From NCBI GenBank assembly GCA_945890895.1, contig CAMDDG010000008.1, forward strand, positions 1,288 through 65,287: a stretch of DNA of 64,000 nt, in the 5' to 3' direction. Below, one piece after another: positions 47,742-57,257 of the stretch. The notes under the pieces were generated by a model, which did no database searches, had not been told where the DNA came from, and saw nothing but the letters and a program-made list of their open reading frames with translations. This DNA comes from Chitinophaga pinensis. GTDB lineage: Bacteria > Bacteroidota > Bacteroidia > NS11-12g > UBA955. The stretch's first letter is position 1; every line of letters begins with the position of its first letter. A program made the translations under genes and the position numbers.

Positions 47742-49142
47742 TCAATTCAAAATTGCCGCTTTAGTTGCATTTAAAATGTTAAATGCTTCTTGCGAGGTAT
47801 GCGACTCAGAATATACGCGTAAAACCGGTTCTGTGCCCGATGGACGCATCATTACCCAAGATCCATCAGTAAGTCTGAATTTAAAACCATCAATATCTTC
47901 AATGGATTCAATCTGATAAGAACCAAAATTCTTGTAAGTTCCAGATTTGCAGTTTTCAATAATCTGCTGTTTCAATTCATTATTTATATGCAAATCATAT
48001 CGCTCAACTGCAAACGTGCCGACCTGGTTATACATATCTTGAATCAATTGCGAAATGGTTTTGCCCGTTTTAGCTACATACTCCATTAAAACCAAGCCCA
48101 TCCAAACACCGTCTCGTTCAGGAATATGTCCTTTAATGGCAATTCCACCACTTTCTTCCGCTCCAATTAACACATCCTCAGTAACCATATATTCGCAGAT
48201 ATACTTAAATCCAATTTTGGTAGTAATGGATTTTAATCCCTTAATTTCACAAAGCCGTTCAACCTTATCACTTACCGAGAAACTTTTTACTACTTTTCCT
48301 GTATAGCCTTTGAATGTTGTCAAATACTCAATCAATAATAAGATTAAATGATGTGAATCGACAAATTGTCCATGTTCATCAAAGAAACCTATACGATCTG
48401 CATCACCATCGGTAGCTAATCCCATGGTGAATTCAGGATTTTGCGCTATCATTTCAGAAATTTCTGGTAGATTTTTTAAAATGGGTTCAGGTGCTCTACC
48501 ATCAAATCCCGGATTGTGAATACCATGCAATATACTAACTTTCGGAAGCAAACGTTTAACCAAACGCTGTCCAGCTCCATACATAGCATCATAAGCCAAT
48601 TGAGGTGAAATTTGTTCTAATGCAGACATATCAAAACTGTTTTTACAGTGTTGCAAATACCGCTCCTCAAAATCGTCGAATGTAATTAATCCGTTTTCTA
48701 CGAAAACTTCAAATCCCATCTCTAAAGTAATTTCCAATTCTGGAATCATACTTTCTACCTCAGCCACAGTATTGGGTGTAGCGGGACCTCCATAATGCGC
48801 TTTTAGTTTATAGCCATTATACGATGGAGGATTGTGTGATGCGGTAATTATGACTCCTAAACCTGCATTTAATTGATAAGTAGCCAAAGAAATCATAGGA
48901 GTTGAAACGAACCCATTAGCCATTACAACATGAATTCCCTGTCCGGCTAAAACCGTTGCAGTTTCCTTGGCAAACATTTCACCGCCAAAACGACAATCAT
49001 GTCCTAAAACCACTAACTTAGGTAAATTGTGTAGATTCAACCATTGAGCAGTTGCAAATGCAACCCTTCTTACGTTTGCTGAGGTAAAGTTATCAGCAAT
49101 TATTTCTCTCCAACCGTCAGTTCCGAATTTAATTTGATACAT
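47742..49142 (-). CDS. Alpha-D-phosphohexomutase (phosphoglucomutase/phosphomannomutase family)
   Basis: Active-site serine loop TASHNPPSYNGYK, metal loop ATDGDADR, sugar loop GAEESGG, phosphate loop MRPSGTEP. Confidence 0.85.
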   Translation of the reverse strand: MYQIKFGTDGWREIIADNFTSANVRRVAFATAQWLNLHNLPKLVVLGHDCRFGGEMFAKETATVLAGQGIHVVMANGFVSTPMISLATYQLNAGLGVIITASHNPPSYNGYKLKAHYGGPATPNTVAEVESMIPELEITLEMGFEVFVENGLITFDDFEERYLQHCKNSFDMSALEQISPQLAYDAMYGAGQRLVKRLLPKVSILHGIHNPGFDGRAPEPILKNLPEISEMIAQNPEFTMGLATDGDADRIGFFDEHGQFVDSHHLILLLIEYLTTFKGYTGKVVKSFSVSDKVERLCEIKGLKSITTKIGFKYICEYMVTEDVLIGAEESGGIAIKGHIPERDGVWMGLVLMEYVAKTGKTISQLIQDMYNQVGTFAVERYDLHINNELKQQIIENCKSGTYKNFGSYQIESIEDIDGFKFRLTDGSWVMMRPSGTEPVLRVYSESHTSQEAFNILNATKAAILN

Positions 49143-49216
49143 AATTTGATATAGTTTTCCCTTTTTCGGGGGATGTTTATTTCGATTTTAAATTTTAATT
49201 TGTTTTTTGATCGGGA

Positions 49217-50434
49217 TTATTCAAAAGCATTAAGTCCTGTAATTTCCATTCCCAAAATCAATAAATGAATATCGTGGGTACCTTCATAAGTTACAACCGA
49301 TTCTAAGTTCATCATGTGTCGCATGATTGGATATTCACCAGTTATACCCATACCCCCCAACATTTGTCGAGCTTCACGTGCAATATTCAAGGCAATATCA
49401 ACATTATTACGCTTGGCCATAGAAATCTGAGCCGGTGTAGCTTTTCCATGGTCCATTAATTGTCCCAATCTCCAAACTAAAAGCTGTGCCTTGGTGATTT
49501 CGGTTAACATTTCCGCAAGTTTCTTCTGTTGCAATTGAAAACCACCTATAGGTTTATTGAATTGTTGACGTTCTAAAGAATAACGTTTTGCCGTATCATA
49601 ACAATCCATTGCAGCTCCTAATGCGCCCCAAGCAATACCATATCGCGCTGAATTTAAACAGGTTAATGGGCCTTTTAAACCAACAACACCAGGTAATATG
49701 TTCGATTTGGGAATTCTCACTTGATCGAAAACCAACTCACCCGTTGCACTTGCTCTTAAACTCCACTTATTGTGAGTTGTAGGAGTGCTAAATCCGGGCA
49801 TTCCCCGTTCAACTATAACACCTTGAACTTTGCCTTCAGGATTTTTAGCCCAAACCACCGCTACATCAGCAAAAGGCGCATTACTGATCCACATTTTTGC
49901 ACCGTTAAGTATAATATGATCTCCGTCTTCAATAAAATGGGTAGTCATTCCAGCAGGATTGCTGCCGTGATCCGGTTCGGTCAAGCCGAAGCAGCCCAAC
50001 ATTTCACCCGAAGCTAATTTGGGCAAATACTTTCTTTTCTGTTCTTCACTACCAAATTTAAAAATAGGGTACATAACCAAAGAACCTTGAACAGAGGCTG
50101 TTGAACGTATTCCGCTATCACACCGTTCTAATTCCTGCATGATGATTCCATAGGTGGTATAATCCATGCCTCCACATCCGTATTCGGCTGGCAATTGAGG
50201 CCCAAAAGCACCTATACTTCCAAGTTCTTTTACAATATGTTGTGGAAATTCACTGAGCTGAGCAAAATGCTCAACAATCGGAGATAAATCTCTTTTTACA
50301 TATTCTCTAACCGAAGATCGAATTAATAGTTGCTCTTCAGTTAACAAATCATCAATTCCATAAAAATCGGGTTGCGTGTATCGATCTTTTCCTCGATTAC
50401 GTTCAAATAAGTCGTTTAATTCGTTAGAAGACAT
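49217..50434 (-). CDS. gcdH: Glutaryl-CoA dehydrogenase (acyl-CoA dehydrogenase family)
   Basis: The C-terminal half (ARYGIAWGALGAA...QKKLAEMLTEIT...MAKRNNVDIALNIAREARQMLGGMGITGEYPIMRHMMNLESVVTYEGTHDIH) closely follows the GCDH pattern. A minus-strand TACTTTTG box at 50449-50456 overlaps the track GTG start, so the ATG at 50434 is preferred. Confidence 0.8.
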   Translation of the reverse strand: MSSNELNDLFERNRGKDRYTQPDFYGIDDLLTEEQLLIRSSVREYVKRDLSPIVEHFAQLSEFPQHIVKELGSIGAFGPQLPAEYGCGGMDYTTYGIIMQELERCDSGIRSTASVQGSLVMYPIFKFGSEEQKRKYLPKLASGEMLGCFGLTEPDHGSNPAGMTTHFIEDGDHIILNGAKMWISNAPFADVAVVWAKNPEGKVQGVIVERGMPGFSTPTTHNKWSLRASATGELVFDQVRIPKSNILPGVVGLKGPLTCLNSARYGIAWGALGAAMDCYDTAKRYSLERQQFNKPIGGFQLQQKKLAEMLTEITKAQLLVWRLGQLMDHGKATPAQISMAKRNNVDIALNIAREARQMLGGMGITGEYPIMRHMMNLESVVTYEGTHDIHLLILGMEITGLNAFE

Positions 50435-50497
50435 AATTGCAATGTACACAAAAGTAATATTCTATGTTTCTTTGTGTGAGAAATTTTAATAAACAGT

Positions 50498-50863
50498 ATG
50501 TTAATCATTGTAAAGGTAAATCAATTTCGAATAAAAGTACCCGTTGGATTTTATGAAGAAGAACGAAAAATTAAAACCGAAATTTTCATAGATATTCAAA
50601 TTCATTACAATCGAAATCAAATATCAGATAATCTTAATAATGTTATTGATTATCAATTAATTGATGAATTATTGCTCCATCAAGGTAATCATGAAATCAA
50701 ACTTCTTGAAACTCTCGCTGAAAACATCATATCCGATTTAGAAACTACTTTTAAACTATTTGATTTACATAAAATTAGTGTTCAAATTACTAAACCTCAA
50801 ATTTTACAATCGTATAGCAATAATTTGAATCATCAGATTTTCGTCGAAAAGTTTGTAAATTGA
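50498..50863 (+). CDS. folB: Dihydroneopterin aldolase
   Basis: 121 aa. IKVPVGFYEEERKIKTEIFIDIQI and VIDYQLI match the FolB pattern. Confidence 0.7.
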   Translation: MLIIVKVNQFRIKVPVGFYEEERKIKTEIFIDIQIHYNRNQISDNLNNVIDYQLIDELLLHQGNHEIKLLETLAENIISDLETTFKLFDLHKISVQITKPQILQSYSNNLNHQIFVEKFVN

Positions 50864-50895
50864 AAAAATATTGAATTTCCAGAATTAGATTTGCT

Positions 50896-53244
50896 ATGAT
50901 GAAATTTCTAAAAATGTGCATGAGTTTAATGCTGATTTTTCAGACGTTAAATGCACAAAATCAAGCCGTTACAGGGTGGGTTTTTGATAAAACTACTCTT
51001 GAGGTAATTCCGTCAGCTATTATAATCGACGACAGTTCAAAACTCTACACAGAATCCAATGCAAAAGGGTATTACCAACTTTTAACAAAAAATGGCAATC
51101 AGAAATTAGTAATTGCAGCTGCTGGATTCAAAGCAGTAAGAATTCAAGTAGATGTAAATGGTGTTACCAATAAAAATGTGTTTCTAATTCCCGTAGATTT
51201 TGATCAAGACGATTCTACCGCTGAATTTACATCACTTTACACCTCTAAAACGAGTTATTACAAACCGCTTAAACGCCAAATGGTGCAATATCAAACTATG
51301 TTTTCTATTGCAGATCCCGTTAAACTACTGCAAAATTTACCCGGCGTTTCTGGTGGTTTTGAAGGTTTATCATCTTTATTCATTCGTGGAAGCAATGCCG
51401 ATCAAAATTTACTGTTGATGAACGGTTTACCACTTTATGGTAATGGGCATATTTGGGGATTATTATCCAACTACAACCCTGAAATTATCAAATCCGCTGA
51501 GTTTTACCGCGGTGTAGCACCAGCCAGATATGGAAATCGCGCCGGCGGAGGTGTTTTAGATATTATTACCAGCGGTGGAAATGCAGAAGAATGGAAAGGT
51601 ATTATTCATGCTGATTTTGCCACTGCCAATATTGCCGTGGATGGTCCGTTAGATAAAGCTGGGCGATGGACTACTTCACTTGGAATTCGCAGAAGTTACT
51701 GGGATTTATTGTTTTCCACTATTTTTACCGGTTTTAATGATATTGTTATCGGAAATGTACACGATATAAATTTTAAGTTAGATTTTAAACAGGATTCTAG
51801 AACTCATTGGGATTTTTGGATTTATAATGGACGTGATAAATACGGTTTCAAATTAGCCAATGATTTCGTCGATTCATTAGGCCAAAATAGAGAAATTGCG
51901 TTTGAATTTGGTTGGAAATGGCAAAACACACTGTCTGGATTTAATTATTCCCACGAAATCAATAAAAGGCATTTTATGACTTTGGGAGCTGGATTGTCTC
52001 GATATTCCTATAATAATTATCTTGAATTAACTTCCAAATTAACCACCAACACTGGAACGCAAACCAATACTGGAAATTATGCCGAAGTTAGTAGCATCAC
52101 TGATTATAATTTGAATGCGAATTTTGATTATTTATTGGGTCCCAAAACACACCTTAAATACGGAAGTCATTGGGTTACTCATGATATGAGACCTTCATTA
52201 ATTAAAAATTACGAGAATATTAGCGGTACCGTTCAAACCGACACCACATACGGCACAGAAAATAGTTCTTTAGTTCATGAATTTTCTAACTATGCAGAAC
52301 TTGAATTCCACCCAGATATGAATCTAAGTTTGAATATTGGTGGTCGTTTATGGACCTTTTTGTCAGGTGCAAAATCTTATGTCCGTTTTGAGCCGCGAAT
52401 TACATTAAATCAAATGTTGGTAGGCAAAAAAAGAATACAAGTGGGATTCTCCATGTCAAATCAAGGTATACATCAATTATCCAGTGTTACCGGTATTCTT
52501 CCATCTGACATTTGGTTTCCAACAACGGGTGTTTTAAGTCCACAACAAACTACAGAAATTTCTGCTGCTTATATTCAACCATTAAAGAAAGGTTTCGAAT
52601 TAACCATTGAAGGGTATTATAAATATTTTTCGGGAATTACAGAAGTGGAAGAGTCGCGCGATGAGCGATTGTCTAAAAATTATTGGGAAAATATGGTACT
52701 TCAAGGAACCGGAAATTCACAAGGTTTGGAAGTATTAATTTCAAAAAGAACGGGTGCATTAAATCTAATCGGTTCATACACTTTGAGTTCTACAAATAGG
52801 AAATTCGACTTAATTAATCGGGGTGAGTCCTTTTATTTCCGATGGGATCGAACGCATAAAGCAGCACTTCAATTAACCTATCAACCCTCTGAATCTTTGG
52901 TGTTGAATTTTACAGGAGTGTTAATGAGTGGAAATCCCGTAACTGTGCCAACTGGACAATATTATACAGTAGATGGCAAATTGGTTTTTGACTACAGTGA
53001 AAAGAACAATTACCGATTACCGTTGTATCGTAGATTGGATATTGGTTTTACAAAAGAGATTCATCCCGAAATGGCCTTTGATTATCGTCGTTTTTGGGGG
53101 ATAAATATTTATAATACTTTGGGTTTTGCAAATCCTTTAGTAGCGAGATATACCTCAACATTTGCACCTACGGTTGGGTCGGGATTGAAAGGAGTTTATT
53201 ATTTTCAATTCGTACCTTCTGCATTTTATAGAATCGAATTTTAA
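50896..53244 (+). CDS. TonB-dependent receptor with an N-terminal carboxypeptidase-regulatory-like domain
   Basis: Signal peptide, CarbopepD_reg-like VTGWVFDKTTLEVIPSAII, plug region (LQNLPGVSGG...LFIRGSNADQNLLLMNGLPLY), and a terminal aromatic residue (..FYRIEF). A TAGATTTG box lies at 50886-50893. Confidence 0.85.
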   Translation: MMKFLKMCMSLMLIFQTLNAQNQAVTGWVFDKTTLEVIPSAIIIDDSSKLYTESNAKGYYQLLTKNGNQKLVIAAAGFKAVRIQVDVNGVTNKNVFLIPVDFDQDDSTAEFTSLYTSKTSYYKPLKRQMVQYQTMFSIADPVKLLQNLPGVSGGFEGLSSLFIRGSNADQNLLLMNGLPLYGNGHIWGLLSNYNPEIIKSAEFYRGVAPARYGNRAGGGVLDIITSGGNAEEWKGIIHADFATANIAVDGPLDKAGRWTTSLGIRRSYWDLLFSTIFTGFNDIVIGNVHDINFKLDFKQDSRTHWDFWIYNGRDKYGFKLANDFVDSLGQNREIAFEFGWKWQNTLSGFNYSHEINKRHFMTLGAGLSRYSYNNYLELTSKLTTNTGTQTNTGNYAEVSSITDYNLNANFDYLLGPKTHLKYGSHWVTHDMRPSLIKNYENISGTVQTDTTYGTENSSLVHEFSNYAELEFHPDMNLSLNIGGRLWTFLSGAKSYVRFEPRITLNQMLVGKKRIQVGFSMSNQGIHQLSSVTGILPSDIWFPTTGVLSPQQTTEISAAYIQPLKKGFELTIEGYYKYFSGITEVEESRDERLSKNYWENMVLQGTGNSQGLEVLISKRTGALNLIGSYTLSSTNRKFDLINRGESFYFRWDRTHKAALQLTYQPSESLVLNFTGVLMSGNPVTVPTGQYYTVDGKLVFDYSEKNNYRLPLYRRLDIGFTKEIHPEMAFDYRRFWGINIYNTLGFANPLVARYTSTFAPTVGSGLKGVYYFQFVPSAFYRIEF

Positions 53245-53481
53245 TGTAGTTCAAACATAATACCAATTGAAAATAATACAATTCAAATTGATTAAACACT
53301 TTTTAGTGAAGAAAAAGAATCCATGATTTGTTTGTAAATATGTAAAAAATCTACAGAAGTTAATGAACTACAGTTTAATATTTACAGAATAGATAAACGG
53401 ATAATGTAAAGATTTTGGAAAACAACTAAAAGAAGTACAACATTTAAAATTGAATTAGAACAAATAATACCAAAGAGCCCA

Positions 53482-54363
53482 ATGAAAAATAAATTTAATT
53501 TGAATAATTATATTAAGAGTGCACTACTCTCAACCATTATTTTGTTAGGCACTTCCTGCGAAATGGATTTGCCCGCGAATGAAGTAAACTACAAAGATAG
53601 AATTGTAATGAATTTATTGGCAAATAACGATCAAGTTCTTTCAGTACACGTTGCTAAAACGCTTCCTATTTTTGATTCTGCTGCAGAAACCATTATAGAA
53701 AACGCTAAAGTCACAGTTACAGAAGAAGGTGGTTCACCCTCTGTGTTAACATTTTCGTTTATAAGCGGAGGTAAATACGTTTCCAATTTCAAACCCAAAC
53801 CAGGTAAAAGTTACAGCATCCAAGTTGAAGCTACTGGATTACCAACTTGTTACTCGCGATTTATCATGCCTTCACCCATCTCTGGCGCAAAATCAACTTG
53901 GCAAGATAATACCGGTGTTGATGCATCGGGCTTTCCTATTGGTACTCTTTCATTTGAAATTCAGGATGATGCTTCTCAAAGAAATTTTTATGAAATTGGC
54001 TTGTTTAGATACGAAGACATTGCGGCTGATTTTTTAGAAATGCCCATATTGCCACTGGATGCTGAATTATCACAAAATCCAAAATTTAATAAAGCCGGGG
54101 CGTTGTTAGTCGATGATGCTTCTTTTAACGGAGAGCGCAAATCCTTTAAATTTTCCACTCCATTTGGATCAGCTGGATCCCAATATAAGTACCTTGTAGT
54201 AATCAAAAGCCTAAGTCAAGATTATTATAAATATTTTGAATCTTTAGAAGATTATCAAGTGCAAGGTGGTGCATTTTCCGATCCCATTCCTGTTTTTAAT
54301 AACATAATTAATGGAGTAGGAATTGCTGCAGGAGCTTGTGTTCAAAGAGACACCATAAAATAG
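53482..54363 (+). CDS. DUF4249-like lipoprotein, the usual partner of this TonB-receptor subfamily
   Basis: Lipobox LLGTSC, 293 aa, located downstream of a CarbopepD_reg-type TonB-dependent receptor. The assignment rests on architecture and context. Confidence 0.55.
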   Translation: MKNKFNLNNYIKSALLSTIILLGTSCEMDLPANEVNYKDRIVMNLLANNDQVLSVHVAKTLPIFDSAAETIIENAKVTVTEEGGSPSVLTFSFISGGKYVSNFKPKPGKSYSIQVEATGLPTCYSRFIMPSPISGAKSTWQDNTGVDASGFPIGTLSFEIQDDASQRNFYEIGLFRYEDIAADFLEMPILPLDAELSQNPKFNKAGALLVDDASFNGERKSFKFSTPFGSAGSQYKYLVVIKSLSQDYYKYFESLEDYQVQGGAFSDPIPVFNNIINGVGIAAGACVQRDTIK

Positions 54364-54410
54364 AACCAACGATTCTTGTATAATCTTCAAAATCAAATTT
54401 TAATAAAAAA

Positions 54411-57245
54411 GTGAGTAAGAATAGCGATCAAAAACCTGTAATTAGAATAATTAATGCACACCAACATAACCTCAAAGGAATTGATGTTGATTTTCCACAA
54501 AACTCATTTACGGTAGTAACCGGTGTTTCCGGTAGCGGTAAATCCAGTTTGGTTTTTGATACACTGTTTGCCGAAGGGCAACGTAGGTATGTTGAAAGCT
54601 TGAGTTCTTATGCCCGCCAATTTATGGGTAGAATGAAAAAGCCCGCTGTGGATCGTATTGATGGACTTTGCCCCGCAATTGCTATCGAGCAGAAAGTCAA
54701 TACACACAATCCCCGCAGTACCGTTGCAACATCTACCGAGATATACGACTATTTGAAATTGTTATTTTCTCGAATTGGTAAAACGATTTCGCCTATTTCT
54801 GGAAAAGAAGTAAAACGAGATACACCGGAAGATGTATTTAATGAAGTAATAAATCATAATCAATTAGAACTAGTATTAATTCTGTCGCCTGTTGAATGGA
54901 CCAAAAACATTCCAATTACCATTGAATCATTAATTCAAAAGGGATTTAGTAGAATTTGGCATAATCCTTCGCAATCTTTATTAAAATTAGAAGACCTACT
55001 TGAAAATAATCAAACCATTCAATTTGAAGATGAAAGCTATATCGTAATTGATCGATTAAATTTTTTAAATAGGGAAGAAGATCTCGAATCTCGACTCTTC
55101 GATGCCATAGAAACGGCTTTTTGGGAAGGAAAAGGGAATTGCTCTTATTTAGATTATTCCAATAAAACGCTCTATCAATTTAACAATCGATTCGAACGGG
55201 ATGGAATACATTTTGAAATTCCAACCAAAGATTTTTTGAGTTTTAATAACCCTTATGGTGCTTGTCCCAAATGCGAAGGTTTTGGATCCGTTTTAGGTAT
55301 AGATCAAGACTTAGTTATTCCAGATCCTCAGTTAAGTGTGTATGAAGGTTGTGTAGCACCTTGGAGGGGAGAAGTAATGAATGAGTGGAAGGAACAATTT
55401 ATTAAGCGCGCCGTAAAATTTGATTTTCCCATTCACCGCTCATACTTCGATTTAAGCAAATCTGAAAAAAATATATTGTGGGAAGGAAAAGGTTCTGTTT
55501 TAGGCATCAATGATTTTTTTAAACACCTGGAAGAGAATTTTTATAAAATTCAATATCGCGTTTTAGCAGCTCGTTATCGTGGAAAAACCACTTGTCCAGA
55601 TTGCTTAGGTACACGATTAAGAAAAGAAGCATCCTATGTAAAACTACAAAATGTAAATCCTGAAAATGCAATAAATGAGTTTACCAGCATCCAAGATATT
55701 TTGTTGTGTTCCGTCGATGATGCCCACCATTTTTTTAAACATGTTGAACTTTCAAAAACCGATCACACCATCTCCGAACGAATCTTGCAAGAAATTACCA
55801 CCCGATTGGATTTCTTGAAAAATGTAGGTTTGGGTTATCTCACATTAAATCGATTAAGCAATACATTAAGTGGCGGTGAGAGCCAACGCATCAATTTAGC
55901 AACTCACTTAGGTTCCAATTTAACAGGTTCAATGTATATTCTCGATGAACCCAGTATAGGATTGCATTCTAGAGATACGGAACGATTAATCGGTGTATTA
56001 AAAAATCTTCAGTCTGAAGGAAATACGGTTATTGTTGTTGAACACGATGAAGATGTAATGAAACAAGCCGATTATGTTATTGATATTGGACCTTTTGCTG
56101 GCAGTTTAGGTGGTGAACTCATATTTAAAGGGCAAATGAAGGGACTTTTAAATGAAGAGAATAGCATTACCGGTAATTATTTATCGGGGAAACGAAGAAT
56201 TATCATCCCCCCAAAAAGAAAACCCGTTCATTTTCTTGAACTTTCAGGAGTAAGCGCAAATAATCTAAAAAATATTACTGCGAAAATTCCGTTGAATAGT
56301 TTCACATCCATTACCGGTGTTTCAGGATCAGGTAAAACAACTTTAATAAAACAAGTATTTTATCCCGCACTATCTAGAGAATTAAAGCAATTTACTACTG
56401 CCAAGCCCGGGCTGTTTAAACAATTAACGGGTGATTTACACTTGGTTAAAGCAGTTGAATTTGTGGACCAAAATCCCATAGGAAAGTCCTCAAGAAGTAA
56501 TCCTGTTACTTATGTAAAAGCGTATGATGATATACGAGAACTGTATTCCAATACACCAGTTTCTAAAAGAAATGGATTCAAACCATCTCATTTTTCATTT
56601 AATGTAGATGGGGGGAGATGCGATAACTGTCAAGGTGAAGGTGAAACTGTAATTGAAATGCAATTTATGGCAGATATTAAATTGCCTTGTGAAGTTTGTA
56701 ATGGAAAACGGTTCAAAAAAGAAGTGTTGGAATCAGAATACCAATCTAAGAACATTTTCGATGTTTTGGAAATGACGGTAGATCAAGCCATTGAATTTTT
56801 TCAAAATGAAAAAAATATCGTTGAAAAACTACTTCCCTTGCAAAAAGTTGGATTGGGATATGTAAAGTTGGGTCAAGGTAGTAATTCATTGAGTGGAGGT
56901 GAAGCACAACGCGTAAAACTAGCATTCTATTTAAGTAAAGCTTCCCCTTTTAAAGAAGGTGGTGCCATGTTTATATTTGATGAGCCAACAACTGGTTTGC
57001 ATTTTTTTGACATTGAAAAATTAATCAATTCGTTTAATGCACTTATCGACAAAGGAAATACGGTGGTTTGCATTGAACACAATTTGGACATGATTAAATG
57101 TTCAGATTGGGTGTTGGATTTAGGACCAGAGCCCGGTGAAAAGGGAGGAGAATTGGTTTATCAAGGAGAATTATTGGGATTATTAAAAGAACCCAAAAGT
57201 ATAACAGCACCTTATTTAAAACAAAAATTGGAAGATGAGAATTAA
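54411..57245 (+). CDS. uvrA: Excinuclease ABC subunit A
   Basis: Two ABC ATPase modules (GVSGSGKSSL and GVSGSGKTTL Walker A; LSGGESQR and LSGGEAQR signatures) and zinc modules (CPKCEGFG, CPDCLGTR, CDNCQGEG...CEVCNGKR). 944 aa, GTG start. Confidence 0.95.
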   Translation: MSKNSDQKPVIRIINAHQHNLKGIDVDFPQNSFTVVTGVSGSGKSSLVFDTLFAEGQRRYVESLSSYARQFMGRMKKPAVDRIDGLCPAIAIEQKVNTHNPRSTVATSTEIYDYLKLLFSRIGKTISPISGKEVKRDTPEDVFNEVINHNQLELVLILSPVEWTKNIPITIESLIQKGFSRIWHNPSQSLLKLEDLLENNQTIQFEDESYIVIDRLNFLNREEDLESRLFDAIETAFWEGKGNCSYLDYSNKTLYQFNNRFERDGIHFEIPTKDFLSFNNPYGACPKCEGFGSVLGIDQDLVIPDPQLSVYEGCVAPWRGEVMNEWKEQFIKRAVKFDFPIHRSYFDLSKSEKNILWEGKGSVLGINDFFKHLEENFYKIQYRVLAARYRGKTTCPDCLGTRLRKEASYVKLQNVNPENAINEFTSIQDILLCSVDDAHHFFKHVELSKTDHTISERILQEITTRLDFLKNVGLGYLTLNRLSNTLSGGESQRINLATHLGSNLTGSMYILDEPSIGLHSRDTERLIGVLKNLQSEGNTVIVVEHDEDVMKQADYVIDIGPFAGSLGGELIFKGQMKGLLNEENSITGNYLSGKRRIIIPPKRKPVHFLELSGVSANNLKNITAKIPLNSFTSITGVSGSGKTTLIKQVFYPALSRELKQFTTAKPGLFKQLTGDLHLVKAVEFVDQNPIGKSSRSNPVTYVKAYDDIRELYSNTPVSKRNGFKPSHFSFNVDGGRCDNCQGEGETVIEMQFMADIKLPCEVCNGKRFKKEVLESEYQSKNIFDVLEMTVDQAIEFFQNEKNIVEKLLPLQKVGLGYVKLGQGSNSLSGGEAQRVKLAFYLSKASPFKEGGAMFIFDEPTTGLHFFDIEKLINSFNALIDKGNTVVCIEHNLDMIKCSDWVLDLGPEPGEKGGELVYQGELLGLLKEPKSITAPYLKQKLEDEN

Positions 57246-57257
57246 CTCATCTTCCAA
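57228..57257. terminator. Perfect 12-bp hairpin spanning both convergent stop codons (uvrA TAA 57243-57245; T9SS gene TGA complement 57247-57249); candidate bidirectional terminator
   Basis: TTGGAAGATGAG-AATTAA-CTCATCTTCCAA, read directly. Confidence 0.5.
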
